Part shown: positions 26,539 to 33,761 of the stretch, piece after piece | How the letters are laid out: every line of letters begins with the position of its first letter | How positions within the stretch are numbered: the first letter of the stretch is position 1 | Source of the DNA: a virus | Lineage: Duplodnaviria > Caudoviricetes | Virus record (IMG/VR): IMGVR_UViG_3300038492_000273 | Location: 1-35,940 of that record | Reading direction: 5' to 3' (one strand) | DNA: 35,940 nucleotides | The notes under the pieces: generated by a model | Seen by the model: only the letters and a program-made list of their open reading frames with translations | What the model was told of the DNA's origin: nothing | Database searches by the model: none | Translations under genes and position numbers: made by a program

Positions 26539-26586
26539 TCAGGTTGCGATAATAATCGCGATCAGTGCGAGGATCAGTTTCTTCAT
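26539..26586 (-). pseudogene. 15-codon ORF MKKLILALIAIIIAT; signal-peptide-only stump or micropeptide
   Basis: ATGA-coupled to the upstream gene; its stop abuts the convergent tail-fibre stop (TGATCA). Confidence 0.4.
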
Positions 26587-26756
26587 TCTGGTCCGTTCTC
26601 GTGTTGTTCGATGATCTTGTTCAGGCGGATGATTTCATCCCGCGCTGCGATCATCAGGCGAGTTCTCCGTTGATACTCGGTCAAGAGTTCAATGGTTCCC
26701 TTTTGTAGCTCCAGTGGAACCACATCGATTTCGTTTAAGTCGTCAAGCAGGCTCAT
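26583..26756 (-). CDS. Hypothetical 57-aa protein (MSLLDDLNEIDVVPLELQKG...)
   Basis: Read by hand, below the ORF-track cut-off; AGGAG RBS before the ATG. Confidence 0.6.
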   Translation of the reverse strand: MSLLDDLNEIDVVPLELQKGTIELLTEYQRRTRLMIAARDEIIRLNKIIEQHENGPE

Positions 26757-26765
26757 GGTTTTCTC

Positions 26766-26969
26766 CTAAAACATTAATTGCATTGGCGTTGTGCGCGGGC
26801 ATGGTTTCCTCGCTTCTTCGGCAAACAATCGCTTGTTGTCTTCGACATCGCGGTTGGCATAGAACGCGATCTGACCACAGTACTCGCAGAACACCACGAT
26901 GCGATAACCCGCGCCACCAATCTTGTACTTGTGTGCGTCGGTATAAATGACGTTCTCTGGCTTGTTCAT
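26766..26969 (-). CDS. Small Cys/His protein (possible Zn binding)
   Basis: 'HKY...CEYCG...PCP'; ATGA overlap. Confidence 0.6.
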   Translation of the reverse strand: MNKPENVIYTDAHKYKIGGAGYRIVVFCEYCGQIAFYANRDVEDNKRLFAEEARKPCPRTTPMQLMF

Positions 26970-27214
26970 TGGTCGTCCCGGTAAGGTTGAACGGCATCCC
27001 AGAAATCTCCGGCTGCTGCTTCAGGTAGTGCATACATTCTGCACCGCCCAACGAATCGCTTTTCGCATTCGATCAGCATGTAGTTCTCTGGCTCGATGTA
27101 AAGATTGTCTCGACTCTGGACGCGCCAGTAATCGAACATCATGAGACCCAAGACCACCCCGAAGGTGATCCAGATCCCGGCGTATACGTTCAGTTTGTTA
27201 AGTATCCAGTTCAT
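26966..27214 (-). CDS. Small membrane protein
   Basis: N-terminal TM 'VYAGIWITFGVVLGLMMF'; AGGAG RBS; ATGA overlaps. Confidence 0.6.
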   Translation of the reverse strand: MNWILNKLNVYAGIWITFGVVLGLMMFDYWRVQSRDNLYIEPENYMLIECEKRFVGRCRMYALPEAAAGDFWDAVQPYRDDQ

Positions 27215-27693
27215 TTCTCTCTCCTAAATTCATGAACTCTGCGAGTCCACGTTTGTTCCATTTCCATCGTCCATACGTAGTGACGATTCACAAAACTCAT
27301 TTCCCATAGTCTCTTGATGTCGAGTACCGGGGGGATCGGCCAAGGCTCTCGGTCAGCGCTGCCAATGACATCAGACCAGTCATCAATGCGAGGATCTGTT
27401 TTAGCCTCGAGATCGATGAAGTCAACGAAGAAACTGTGGTCCAGTATGTCCATTGATTTCCATGCGAATCCCCAAGTCGTGTAAGCAAACCCCGGTTCGG
27501 ATGCATACCGCTTGCACCATGAATCCCAGACATTAAAGGGATGACGTATCGGTGTAATGATTTTCTTGTGACCGATCTCCCTGAGCAGCACATCCCATGG
27601 TGCATGGGAATGAACCCGGTGGCTGATGTCCAGTTGCTGGCCAATGAAGTTGGTCCCGGTGTGTGGGATGGAAACGATGATGCTATCTTGCAT
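27211..27693 (-). CDS. Sulfotransferase-family-like protein (minimal, 160 aa)
   Basis: 'IIVSIPHTGTNFI' resembles the 5'-PSB loop and 'IITPIRHPFNVWDSW' the 3'-PB (R-x-P-x5-S) motif; GGAG RBS before the ATG at 27693. Confidence 0.55.
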   Translation of the reverse strand: MQDSIIVSIPHTGTNFIGQQLDISHRVHSHAPWDVLLREIGHKKIITPIRHPFNVWDSWCKRYASEPGFAYTTWGFAWKSMDILDHSFFVDFIDLEAKTDPRIDDWSDVIGSADREPWPIPPVLDIKRLWEMSFVNRHYVWTMEMEQTWTRRVHEFRREK

Positions 27694-27940
27694 TATCAAC
27701 TCCCAATTGCCGTGCCAGTTCGAGACACTTATCTTTGTCCGGCAGCGGGTGCTTGCCGTGGTATACATCCAACAGGTATTGCTCGACCGGGACGCGACGA
27801 TTGATTTCCGCAGCAGCAATGCTATCAAGTGTTTTTATGTCATCGAGTAATTGACGAAGCGCAACCGCACATTCATCCAGAACCCGGAAGCCTTGATTGG
27901 TGCAGTCTTTGATTAGCTCTTCGTAGTTAATTGGTTGCAT
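27683..27940 (-). CDS. Hypothetical protein
   Basis: ATG at 27940 in a TAATG overlap, with GGAG RBS; 85 aa. Confidence 0.6.
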   Translation of the reverse strand: MQPINYEELIKDCTNQGFRVLDECAVALRQLLDDIKTLDSIAAAEINRRVPVEQYLLDVYHGKHPLPDKDKCLELARQLGVDNAR

Positions 27941-28527
27941 TAGTCGCTCCATTGATCTGCCATTGCGCGCGCAATGCCCGGAAAAAATTTGGATCGTTCC
28001 TTGGCGCGTTCTTTGCTCTCGCTCATGCGCCACTTCTTCTGCTCCCGGTTCGACTCAATCACGGTCGACATCAACGGGGGGAGATTCTTGAGCCAGAGAA
28101 ATATACCTTTCGATTCGGGTTCACCAAACATCCATGGCTGCACGAAGTCAGTCGGCGGTCCGATTTGTTCAGCAACTTCACGGTATGGCCACGGATTCTC
28201 AATGGCGATCTTATCAATCGGTGCATCGCGCAGCAGGATAAAGAAGTCAATGGCTTTCTCGCGCTCGACCAGTCGCTCTTCGACTGTCATAGTCTTGCTG
28301 TCTTCATACAACCAGCGGTTCGCTGCATTGGTCAGGTAGGTGCAAGGCGGGTGAGCGATCATCAGATCCCAATGCTCCCCGTAGGCAAGATCGACTGCAT
28401 CACTGATGATGTGCCGAAAGCCAGGCGAGTCCGAAGGTTCGAGATCACACGACCATGCATCATGTCCGGCTGCGGTAAACGCATCGCGGACAATGCCGCT
28501 AACTTCACAGGCTACCAGTACTTTCAT
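27940..28527 (-). CDS. Short phage DNA (cytosine-5) methyltransferase-like protein
   Basis: 'KVLVACEVSG.VRDAF...GHDAWSCD', catalytic 'AHPPCT', 'IENP', 'QPWMFG' and 'RSKFFPGIARAMADQW'. Confidence 0.8.
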   Translation of the reverse strand: MKVLVACEVSGIVRDAFTAAGHDAWSCDLEPSDSPGFRHIISDAVDLAYGEHWDLMIAHPPCTYLTNAANRWLYEDSKTMTVEERLVEREKAIDFFILLRDAPIDKIAIENPWPYREVAEQIGPPTDFVQPWMFGEPESKGIFLWLKNLPPLMSTVIESNREQKKWRMSESKERAKERSKFFPGIARAMADQWSD

Positions 28528-28610
28528 ATCACCAACCAATGCAGTAAACCGACAATGATGGCGGCAACAAATGCGCAGTACAGTTCCATTTCATACGTTC
28601 CCGGTTTCAT
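28524..28610 (-). CDS. 28-aa single-TM micropeptide MKPGTYEMELYCAFVAAIIVGLLHWLVI
   Basis: Read by hand; ATGA overlaps at both ends fill the gap exactly. Confidence 0.55.
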   Translation of the reverse strand: MKPGTYEMELYCAFVAAIIVGLLHWLVI

Positions 28611-28921
28611 CGATCAGAAACTCCATCGTATCGTTCGAGCAGGTCGGCGGCTTGCTTTGCGTCATCAGCCATTGCTACCAATCGCCGTTTCAGTTTGCTT
28701 TGTTCCCGTTCTTCGGCCTTTGTCCACAGATACCGGTGTATCTTGTGCAACCGTCCAATCAATTTCTGTGCTTTTTCCATCGACCGCTCATACTCCGCGC
28801 ACTTTTGTGTACGTTTACCTCGATAAATCATCTGAATGCCGCCAAGAGGCGAAATGCGCCACCCCTTAAATACTTTTTTGTGAAGTTCCTGTAGTTGCTT
28901 TTGGGTTGGCAGTTTAATCAT
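28607..28921 (-). CDS. Hypothetical protein
   Basis: 104 aa; GAGGT RBS lies inside the repeated 20-mer. Confidence 0.6.
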   Translation of the reverse strand: MIKLPTQKQLQELHKKVFKGWRISPLGGIQMIYRGKRTQKCAEYERSMEKAQKLIGRLHKIHRYLWTKAEEREQSKLKRRLVAMADDAKQAADLLERYDGVSDR

Positions 28922-29318
28922 CCTTACCTCTTATGCCTAGCTGTTCACTAATTTGACGTGCAGTGAATCGGGCGTCCTCAATCTGTTTTTTCGTCCAGAC
29001 CACTACATAGCAATTCAATTCTTCACTGTACTCGATGCCGTTTTCCAGTTGATCGTTTAACCGCTCAATCTCATCGTTTGATGCTTTTAGCTTGGCTTCG
29101 AGTTCGGTGGCCTGATTTTTTAAGCGATCAATTTCGCTGGTGAAGTAATCGGTAGCATCCAGATAATCGGGGTCCACAACTTCAGTTAACTTATCCATCA
29201 TCCTTACCTCTTATGCGCTCAAGGGTTTCGCGTATCTGCCTCGCCTTCCAGTTCGGCGCGTCACTAGCTACCGATTCCATCGCCTTGTCATACTCCGCGC
29301 ACTTGGCTTCGAGTTCGG
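28788..29318. repeat. Three pairs of exact 17-20 bp direct repeats
   Basis: ATCATCCTTACCTCTTATGC at 28917-28936 and 29197-29216; TCATACTCCGCGCACTT at 28788-28804 and 29288-29304; CTTGGCTTCGAGTTCGG at 29091-29107 and 29302-29318. Confidence 0.85.
28914..29201 (-). CDS. Hypothetical coiled-coil protein
   Basis: 95 aa; heptads 'IDRLKNQATELEAKLKASNDEIERL'. Confidence 0.65.
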   Translation of the reverse strand: MMDKLTEVVDPDYLDATDYFTSEIDRLKNQATELEAKLKASNDEIERLNDQLENGIEYSEELNCYVVVWTKKQIEDARFTARQISEQLGIRGKDD

Positions 29319-29625
29319 CTTTTTCGGTCACCAACAAGTTAAACGTATCGCCTGTGTTTGCGTACTCACCATCCTTGTAATTAAATTCGTAAACCGCTCG
29401 ATCTGAGGCGTTATCTATATATTGCCGAATTACCCGTTTTAGTTTCTCAATCTCTGCGGCTTGGGATTTGGCAAGCTTGAGTAGATCAGATATTAAAAGG
29501 GACGCGTCAAAGATCGCTGAATCACTTGCTGTGTGGCTATCGCTGTAGCCTTTTTCGTGTACCGCGCAAACGGTTTCTTTCTCGCACCAATTATTGGCAC
29601 GCTCTACCAGTTCATTCGTCATCAA
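29191..29625 (-). CDS. Hypothetical coiled-coil protein
   Basis: 144 aa, overlapping its neighbours; GGAG upstream. Confidence 0.65.
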   Translation of the reverse strand: MMTNELVERANNWCEKETVCAVHEKGYSDSHTASDSAIFDASLLISDLLKLAKSQAAEIEKLKRVIRQYIDNASDRAVYEFNYKDGEYANTGDTFNLLVTEKAELEAKCAEYDKAMESVASDAPNWKARQIRETLERIRGKDDG

Positions 29626-29884
29626 TCAGAAACTCCCCGATGGCAGTGTGTAATTTCTCAAGGTGTTCACGGCCATCGACTGCGATGTGCTGCCACTGGT
29701 TGCCATTGTAAGTAACCATGATGGAATAGGTGATCGGAACAAATTCCCGGTTATGCCGATCAGGGGATGGCTCGATCTTGATTTCGAAATTATTACGCCG
29801 ATATTCATACATCGCCTTGAGTTCATTGCTGAATGCATCTGTTTGTTCTTCGCTCATATCTGCACCATTTATTATATCGCTCAT
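29612..29884 (-). CDS. Hypothetical protein
   Basis: 90 aa; ATGA overlap. Confidence 0.6.
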   Translation of the reverse strand: MSDIINGADMSEEQTDAFSNELKAMYEYRRNNFEIKIEPSPDRHNREFVPITYSIMVTYNGNQWQHIAVDGREHLEKLHTAIGEFLIDDE

Positions 29885-30078
29885 AGCCGTGGGTCTACTT
29901 GGTTTCGGATATGCTGGCTGATAAATTCCAGATCATCCATGCGCTTGTGCAGTCGTTTCGTTTGACGCATGAGTTCAATGACCCCGCCAATCACTACGCC
30001 AAGCACAAAGCAGAGCGAGAGCCAGAAGAAGTTCGGTGCGATCACCGCGATGCCGAGACTACCGTTGATGATTTCCAT
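29881..30078 (-). CDS. Small membrane protein
   Basis: TM 'FFWLSLCFVLGVVIGGVI'; TAATG overlap at 30078. Confidence 0.6.
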   Translation of the reverse strand: MEIINGSLGIAVIAPNFFWLSLCFVLGVVIGGVIELMRQTKRLHKRMDDLEFISQHIRNQVDPRL

Positions 30079-30281
30079 TACGACCACCTACCTGTCTTAA
30101 CCCACCCGGCCAACTTCATCAGGGCAGGGGGGATGCAGTAAGCAATGTAGCAGCCAAAGATCCATACTGCGAAGAGCGCACTGGTCTGGGCGCCTTCGAC
30201 ATGATCAATGGAGCGTAAGCACTGGAGGCTCCAGAAGAGCACCAGTAGCCACTGGAATATAATTGTAATTCGCTTAATCAT
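30078..30281 (-). CDS. Small 2-TM membrane protein
   Basis: Two hydrophobic helices; GAGGT RBS; TAATG overlaps. Confidence 0.6.
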   Translation of the reverse strand: MIKRITIIFQWLLVLFWSLQCLRSIDHVEGAQTSALFAVWIFGCYIAYCIPPALMKLAGWVKTGRWS

Positions 30282-30520
30282 TACCGATACCTCACATCAG
30301 ATTCGAGGCGACTAAGATCGCTTGCCACGCTATCGATTCGACGCTCGAGATCGTAGCGGACATCGCTGCACTTGTTTTCAACATCGTAGTTGCTGGGCTT
30401 GTTGTGAACCGCCTGATCGATTTCATTCAAGCGTTCATGTATGCGCTCGAGTTGCCATTCGAAATTCTCGTTCTCATTTTCCAGTCGGATCACACGATCC
30501 AGTAAGTCTTCGAGATTCAT
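30281..30520 (-). CDS. Small coiled-coil protein
   Basis: AAGGAG RBS; heptad-rich; TAATG overlaps. Confidence 0.65.
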   Translation of the reverse strand: MNLEDLLDRVIRLENENENFEWQLERIHERLNEIDQAVHNKPSNYDVENKCSDVRYDLERRIDSVASDLSRLESDVRYR

Positions 30521-31398
30521 TATGATTTCTCCTTAAAGGGCAGGTCTTCAGCCTTGGCGTAAGTCTCCTGATAGAAGGGGCAGAATTCGGTGACGTTGCA
30601 GTAGCCTTCGCAGCGACGATTCGGTTTGCTGCGCTCGACGATATCGTAGTCATCTTCTGACCAGCCCTTGTTATCACGGTAAGTCTTTGCAGCATCGAAG
30701 GTAAATTCTACCTTGGCTGCACGAGAGCCGCCTTTCTTGATCACGGCGAAGTCAGGGTCATTCTGCCAGCGTTCTTTCTGGCTGCACGGCTGCGGATCAA
30801 GCTGGGCTTCGATGCGGCCAGCGATAAACCCCTCGACCTGCTTCGGGTGCCACTTCGGGATCTCGATGTACTCGACCTGATCCGGGTAGCCGTCTTCGGT
30901 TTTCTTTGAGAACGGAGTCCAGTCACGGACCATGGCGCCGATGTGTAAGCTGTTGACTCGCTCACCATTTTGCTCGAGCAGCCACGCTTGCATATTCAGT
31001 TGCTCTTCCCAATCCTCGAAGTCACCTTGCAATGCCAGCTTGACCTTGTAAGCACTGGTCAGTTTCCAGTCGGTCAGATCCTTGCCGATCAATCGACGGT
31101 GATCGATCTGGGCTGAGATAACCTTGCCTTCGAATTCAGCGAAGTAACGAGTCTCAACTTCATCGACATCGCCGGCTGCACGTTCGATAACATGGTGAGC
31201 CGCTTGGCCATACAGAGACCAGAGCCGATCGGAAATATCTTCGACAATCTCATCGGCATGTTCCCGCTGCAGCATGTTCTGGAATGCCGGCTTCAATAAT
31301 TGGGTGACGGTAAAATCAGACTTGCCCTTATCGTAAGGGTCATTGGTTACTGCCTTGACAATAATCTCCGGCAGATTTTTTTTGTTGGTAAATTTCAT
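30520..31398 (-). CDS. PD-(D/E)XK exonuclease (Cas4/RecB-like) with C-terminal Cys cluster
   Basis: 'TVTQLL.P', 'GQAAHHVIE', 'VETRY', 'ISAQID', 'DWKLT', 'QLNMQAWL' and 'RCEGYCNVTEFC'. Confidence 0.8.
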   Translation of the reverse strand: MKFTNKKNLPEIIVKAVTNDPYDKGKSDFTVTQLLKPAFQNMLQREHADEIVEDISDRLWSLYGQAAHHVIERAAGDVDEVETRYFAEFEGKVISAQIDHRRLIGKDLTDWKLTSAYKVKLALQGDFEDWEEQLNMQAWLLEQNGERVNSLHIGAMVRDWTPFSKKTEDGYPDQVEYIEIPKWHPKQVEGFIAGRIEAQLDPQPCSQKERWQNDPDFAVIKKGGSRAAKVEFTFDAAKTYRDNKGWSEDDYDIVERSKPNRRCEGYCNVTEFCPFYQETYAKAEDLPFKEKS

Positions 31399-31419
31399 TT
31401 CGCCTTGCTCCAAGTTGTA

Positions 31420-31459
31420 CTGTAATACTAAGAGTAATACAGGAAGTGTTACTTGTCAA
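31420..31459 (-). promoter_or_regulatory. sigma70-like promoter with overlapping inverted repeat (operator-like)
   Basis: Minus strand TTGACA(31459-31454)-17 bp-TACTCT(31436-31431); a 10-3-10 inverted repeat with one mismatch at 31420-31442. Confidence 0.65.
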
Positions 31460-31462
31460 GGA

Positions 31463-31927
31463 TTAATAATCATCCCAATGGTAGTTCGGTTTGAACACGC
31501 CGGGGAATCTATGCTGCTTCTGATCATTCTGAATCATTTCATTGACCCGGCAGATCTGGTCGTATTGTCGTTTCAGGTGCAGGGCTTGCCAATCCTTGCG
31601 GATCTTGAATGACTCCCATGCAAGCTGTTTGTCTTCGTATGCCCAGCGTTTCGGTGCCCGGTACCTGCCTTTCATATCCTGTTCGGTAACCTTCAGCACG
31701 AATCGTTGTGGCGGCTTACCTTGCTGGTAGTCATACCAAGTGTGCTTCAAGATCCAAAAGCCCTTGTCGGTTTCTTTCAGGATCTCGTAGCCAATACATT
31801 CGATGGTGATCTTCTGCGAACCATCAGTGAAATTCGTATAGTGATGGTCGTAGCGGTACAGGAATCGACGGTAGGTTTCTGCATTGCGGCGATACAGCGT
31901 GACGTTATGATCAACCTTGAGTTCCAT
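31463..31927 (-). CDS. Hypothetical protein
   Basis: 154 aa, aromatic-rich; 'YEILKETDKGFWI...KRWAY'; TAATG overlap. Confidence 0.65.
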   Translation of the reverse strand: MELKVDHNVTLYRRNAETYRRFLYRYDHHYTNFTDGSQKITIECIGYEILKETDKGFWILKHTWYDYQQGKPPQRFVLKVTEQDMKGRYRAPKRWAYEDKQLAWESFKIRKDWQALHLKRQYDQICRVNEMIQNDQKQHRFPGVFKPNYHWDDY

Positions 31928-32268
31928 TAGTTGATCCCGCCAGGCGATTCACGATTCAGGGCTTCGAGCATGGCTTGCTTCTCCATGGCATCGATCAGCT
32001 CTTCGAATACGCCGGCATCGAATGCTGCCTTGCTGATCGTATCGATGGCGAGTTGGTACAGGAAATTGATGGACTCCTGATTCCCCTTCGCGCTGCTGTC
32101 GATCACGGCGTTGACGGTAGCGACCAGTGCCATGACACCGAGCAGGTTGTTCTCGCCGCGGAGTACGTTGCCCAGTTCATTGACTACCTCAACGAATCGT
32201 TTGTTCTCAGGATCGATCTGCTTCAGAGCGGCGACTGCTTCTTCCATTACAGATTTGGGTGCGTTCAT
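31927..32268 (-). CDS. Hypothetical protein
   Basis: ATG at 32268 follows GGAG; helical. Confidence 0.6.
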   Translation of the reverse strand: MNAPKSVMEEAVAALKQIDPENKRFVEVVNELGNVLRGENNLLGVMALVATVNAVIDSSAKGNQESINFLYQLAIDTISKAAFDAGVFEELIDAMEKQAMLEALNRESPGGIN

Positions 32269-32285
32269 GTTTGTCTCCAATACAA

Positions 32286-32322
32286 GCTGGCTCCCGGCAA
32301 TGCAAGTTAACCGGGAACCAGC
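32286..32322 (-). terminator. 12-bp hairpin downstream of the SSB-like gene (terminator or processing site)
   Basis: Minus strand GCTGGTTCCCGG-13 nt-CCGGGAGCCAGC (one G-U, which pairs only on this strand), followed by TTGTATT. Confidence 0.5.
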
Positions 32323-32330
32323 AGGAAGTG

Positions 32331-32957
32331 TCAGAAGGGAATGTCGTCTTTGTTAATATCCAAGTCCGGTTGCTTCTGAGCCGACTCATCGGTTTTACCA
32401 GCAATTGCTTGGTACTCAGGTGACTTCGCGATCCAAGACTGCATACGTTCAGACAGACCATTCCACGCAGCGGCATCCAGATCATCCAGATCGATGACTA
32501 CAGAGGGATGCACTTGAGCAGGGCAATCTTCTTCGGGAATGATTACCCCGATGTTGGCATACTTCCCATCGGTTGAATGATACACCTGAATTTTTGCTGC
32601 TCTTCCGACAACTTTCGAGGGATCAAAGCCGCCGGCATCTTCAATGTCTTTGTCATTGAATTTCTGGCCGTACCACGATTCCATATCCTTGCGGAGATTG
32701 GCTTTGTTCGAAAACGATAGCGTGTACTTCTTACTGATGACCATTGGCCGGGTGACTTCTTCACCATCCTGTTCGAAGGTGGTTGTACACTCGGGCAGTT
32801 CGAACATCAGCAGAAGCTGTCGCTTTGGAGTTGACGGTTTACCTTGGTAGGTAGTCTCTTGTGTTCCGAGATCGATCGCACGAATGCATCGAGCTTTATG
32901 GTAGGCTTCTGGCGGGTTCTCGAAATCCCCGCCGCCACCGACTTGCGCTTTTGCCAT
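32331..32957 (-). CDS. Single-stranded DNA-binding protein-like
   Basis: Acidic C-terminal 'DDIPF' tip, N-terminal 'DFENPP...ARCIRAIDLGTQ' and an OB-like pattern; lies near the exonuclease. Confidence 0.7.
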   Translation of the reverse strand: MAKAQVGGGGDFENPPEAYHKARCIRAIDLGTQETTYQGKPSTPKRQLLLMFELPECTTTFEQDGEEVTRPMVISKKYTLSFSNKANLRKDMESWYGQKFNDKDIEDAGGFDPSKVVGRAAKIQVYHSTDGKYANIGVIIPEEDCPAQVHPSVVIDLDDLDAAAWNGLSERMQSWIAKSPEYQAIAGKTDESAQKQPDLDINKDDIPF

Positions 32958-33072
32958 TTGATCTCTCCGATTTTGTGGCTATAAAAATTGGCAGAGTATT
33001 TTTGTTTCGTTTCGACCGGATCAATCCAGCAGTCATGAACGGAGTCATAGCCCTCTGCGATGGCGACTCAAA

Positions 33073-33366
33073 CTATTTCCATGGGTTGATTGTATTGAAA
33101 CACCAGCCGAAGAAATCTTCTTTGCGATTGCGTTTCCGTTTGTCTTCCCATCCCTTGTTGTACGCAACCTCGCGTATCAATTCGATCCGGCGCTCAAATT
33201 CCTCGCGCATTCTATCAGCGATGAACCCGGCTTCGATTGGTGAGCTTGCATTGTAGGTAAAAGTAAATTCACATTCGCCTATTGATGGCACATACATACT
33301 AATACAAATGTTGATATCACATTCGTTGCACTCTTCCCGGTCGCGGGCAATACTGATCACGTTCAT
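33073..33366 (-). CDS. Hypothetical protein
   Basis: 97 aa; 'REVAYNKGWED'; ATGA overlap. Confidence 0.6.
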   Translation of the reverse strand: MNVISIARDREECNECDINICISMYVPSIGECEFTFTYNASSPIEAGFIADRMREEFERRIELIREVAYNKGWEDKRKRNRKEDFFGWCFNTINPWK

Positions 33367-33641
33367 TGTCTACCCCACAATCTATCGATCACTTGTTGCC
33401 ATGTCAGGTCAGACCAGTCGACTACCTTGATGTCTTTCGGGTAGCCGATGTATGGCGTGATTGAATTCAGTTCTTCGAGCGTAACGAGTTCGCCTGGCTC
33501 GTAGTGGTGTTCGTCCTGATACTGCTGGTTTAGTTTCTCGATGGTCTCACTCCACTCCCGGTAGGCATCGTCAGCGTCGAGTTCCGCGTCGATAATCTCG
33601 GCTTCACGCTCGAGGTTTTCAAAATAAATGTCTTCGTTCAT
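33363..33641 (-). CDS. Acidic hypothetical protein, first gene of the leftward operon
   Basis: ATG at 33641 follows GAGG; 92 aa, very rich in Glu and Asp. Confidence 0.6.
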   Translation of the reverse strand: MNEDIYFENLEREAEIIDAELDADDAYREWSETIEKLNQQYQDEHHYEPGELVTLEELNSITPYIGYPKDIKVVDWSDLTWQQVIDRLWGRQ

Positions 33642-33674
33642 ATTCGCCTCTGTGAAATTTTTTCCGGATTGAGA

Positions 33675-33707
33675 TTGAATTATAACCCCACATGCATTAT
33701 AATTCAA
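33675..33707. promoter_or_regulatory. Palindromic bidirectional sigma70 promoter
   Basis: TTGAATTATAA-CCCCACATGCA-TTATAATTCAA reads TTGAAT-17 bp-TATAAT on both strands, at the strand switch. Confidence 0.75.
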
Positions 33708-33727
33708 GGATCATTTTGGACAAAGGC

Positions 33728-33756
33728 TTGAGGTTCATGAGTAAAAACCCTATCAT
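33728..33756 (+). promoter_or_regulatory. Second rightward sigma70-like promoter
   Basis: TTGAGG(33728-33733)-17 bp-TATCAT(33751-33756). Confidence 0.5.
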
Positions 33757-33761
33757 CAGAA

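Noticed and set aside
27931-28869. 312-aa plus-strand ORF
   Set aside because: Antisense to the methyltransferase and neighbouring tightly coupled minus-strand genes.
28788-29318. Mini-CRISPR array suggested by repeats near a Cas4-like nuclease
   Set aside because: These are three different repeat pairs, 211-500 bp apart and inside coding sequence, not a repeat-spacer array.
31420-31442. LexA SOS box
   Set aside because: CTGT...ACAG spacing is 15 nt, not the 8 nt of the gammaproteobacterial box.
33675-33707. dif/Xer or tyrosine-recombinase site
   Set aside because: The spacer is 11 bp rather than 6-8 bp, the arms do not match XerC/XerD boxes, and no recombinase gene was seen.
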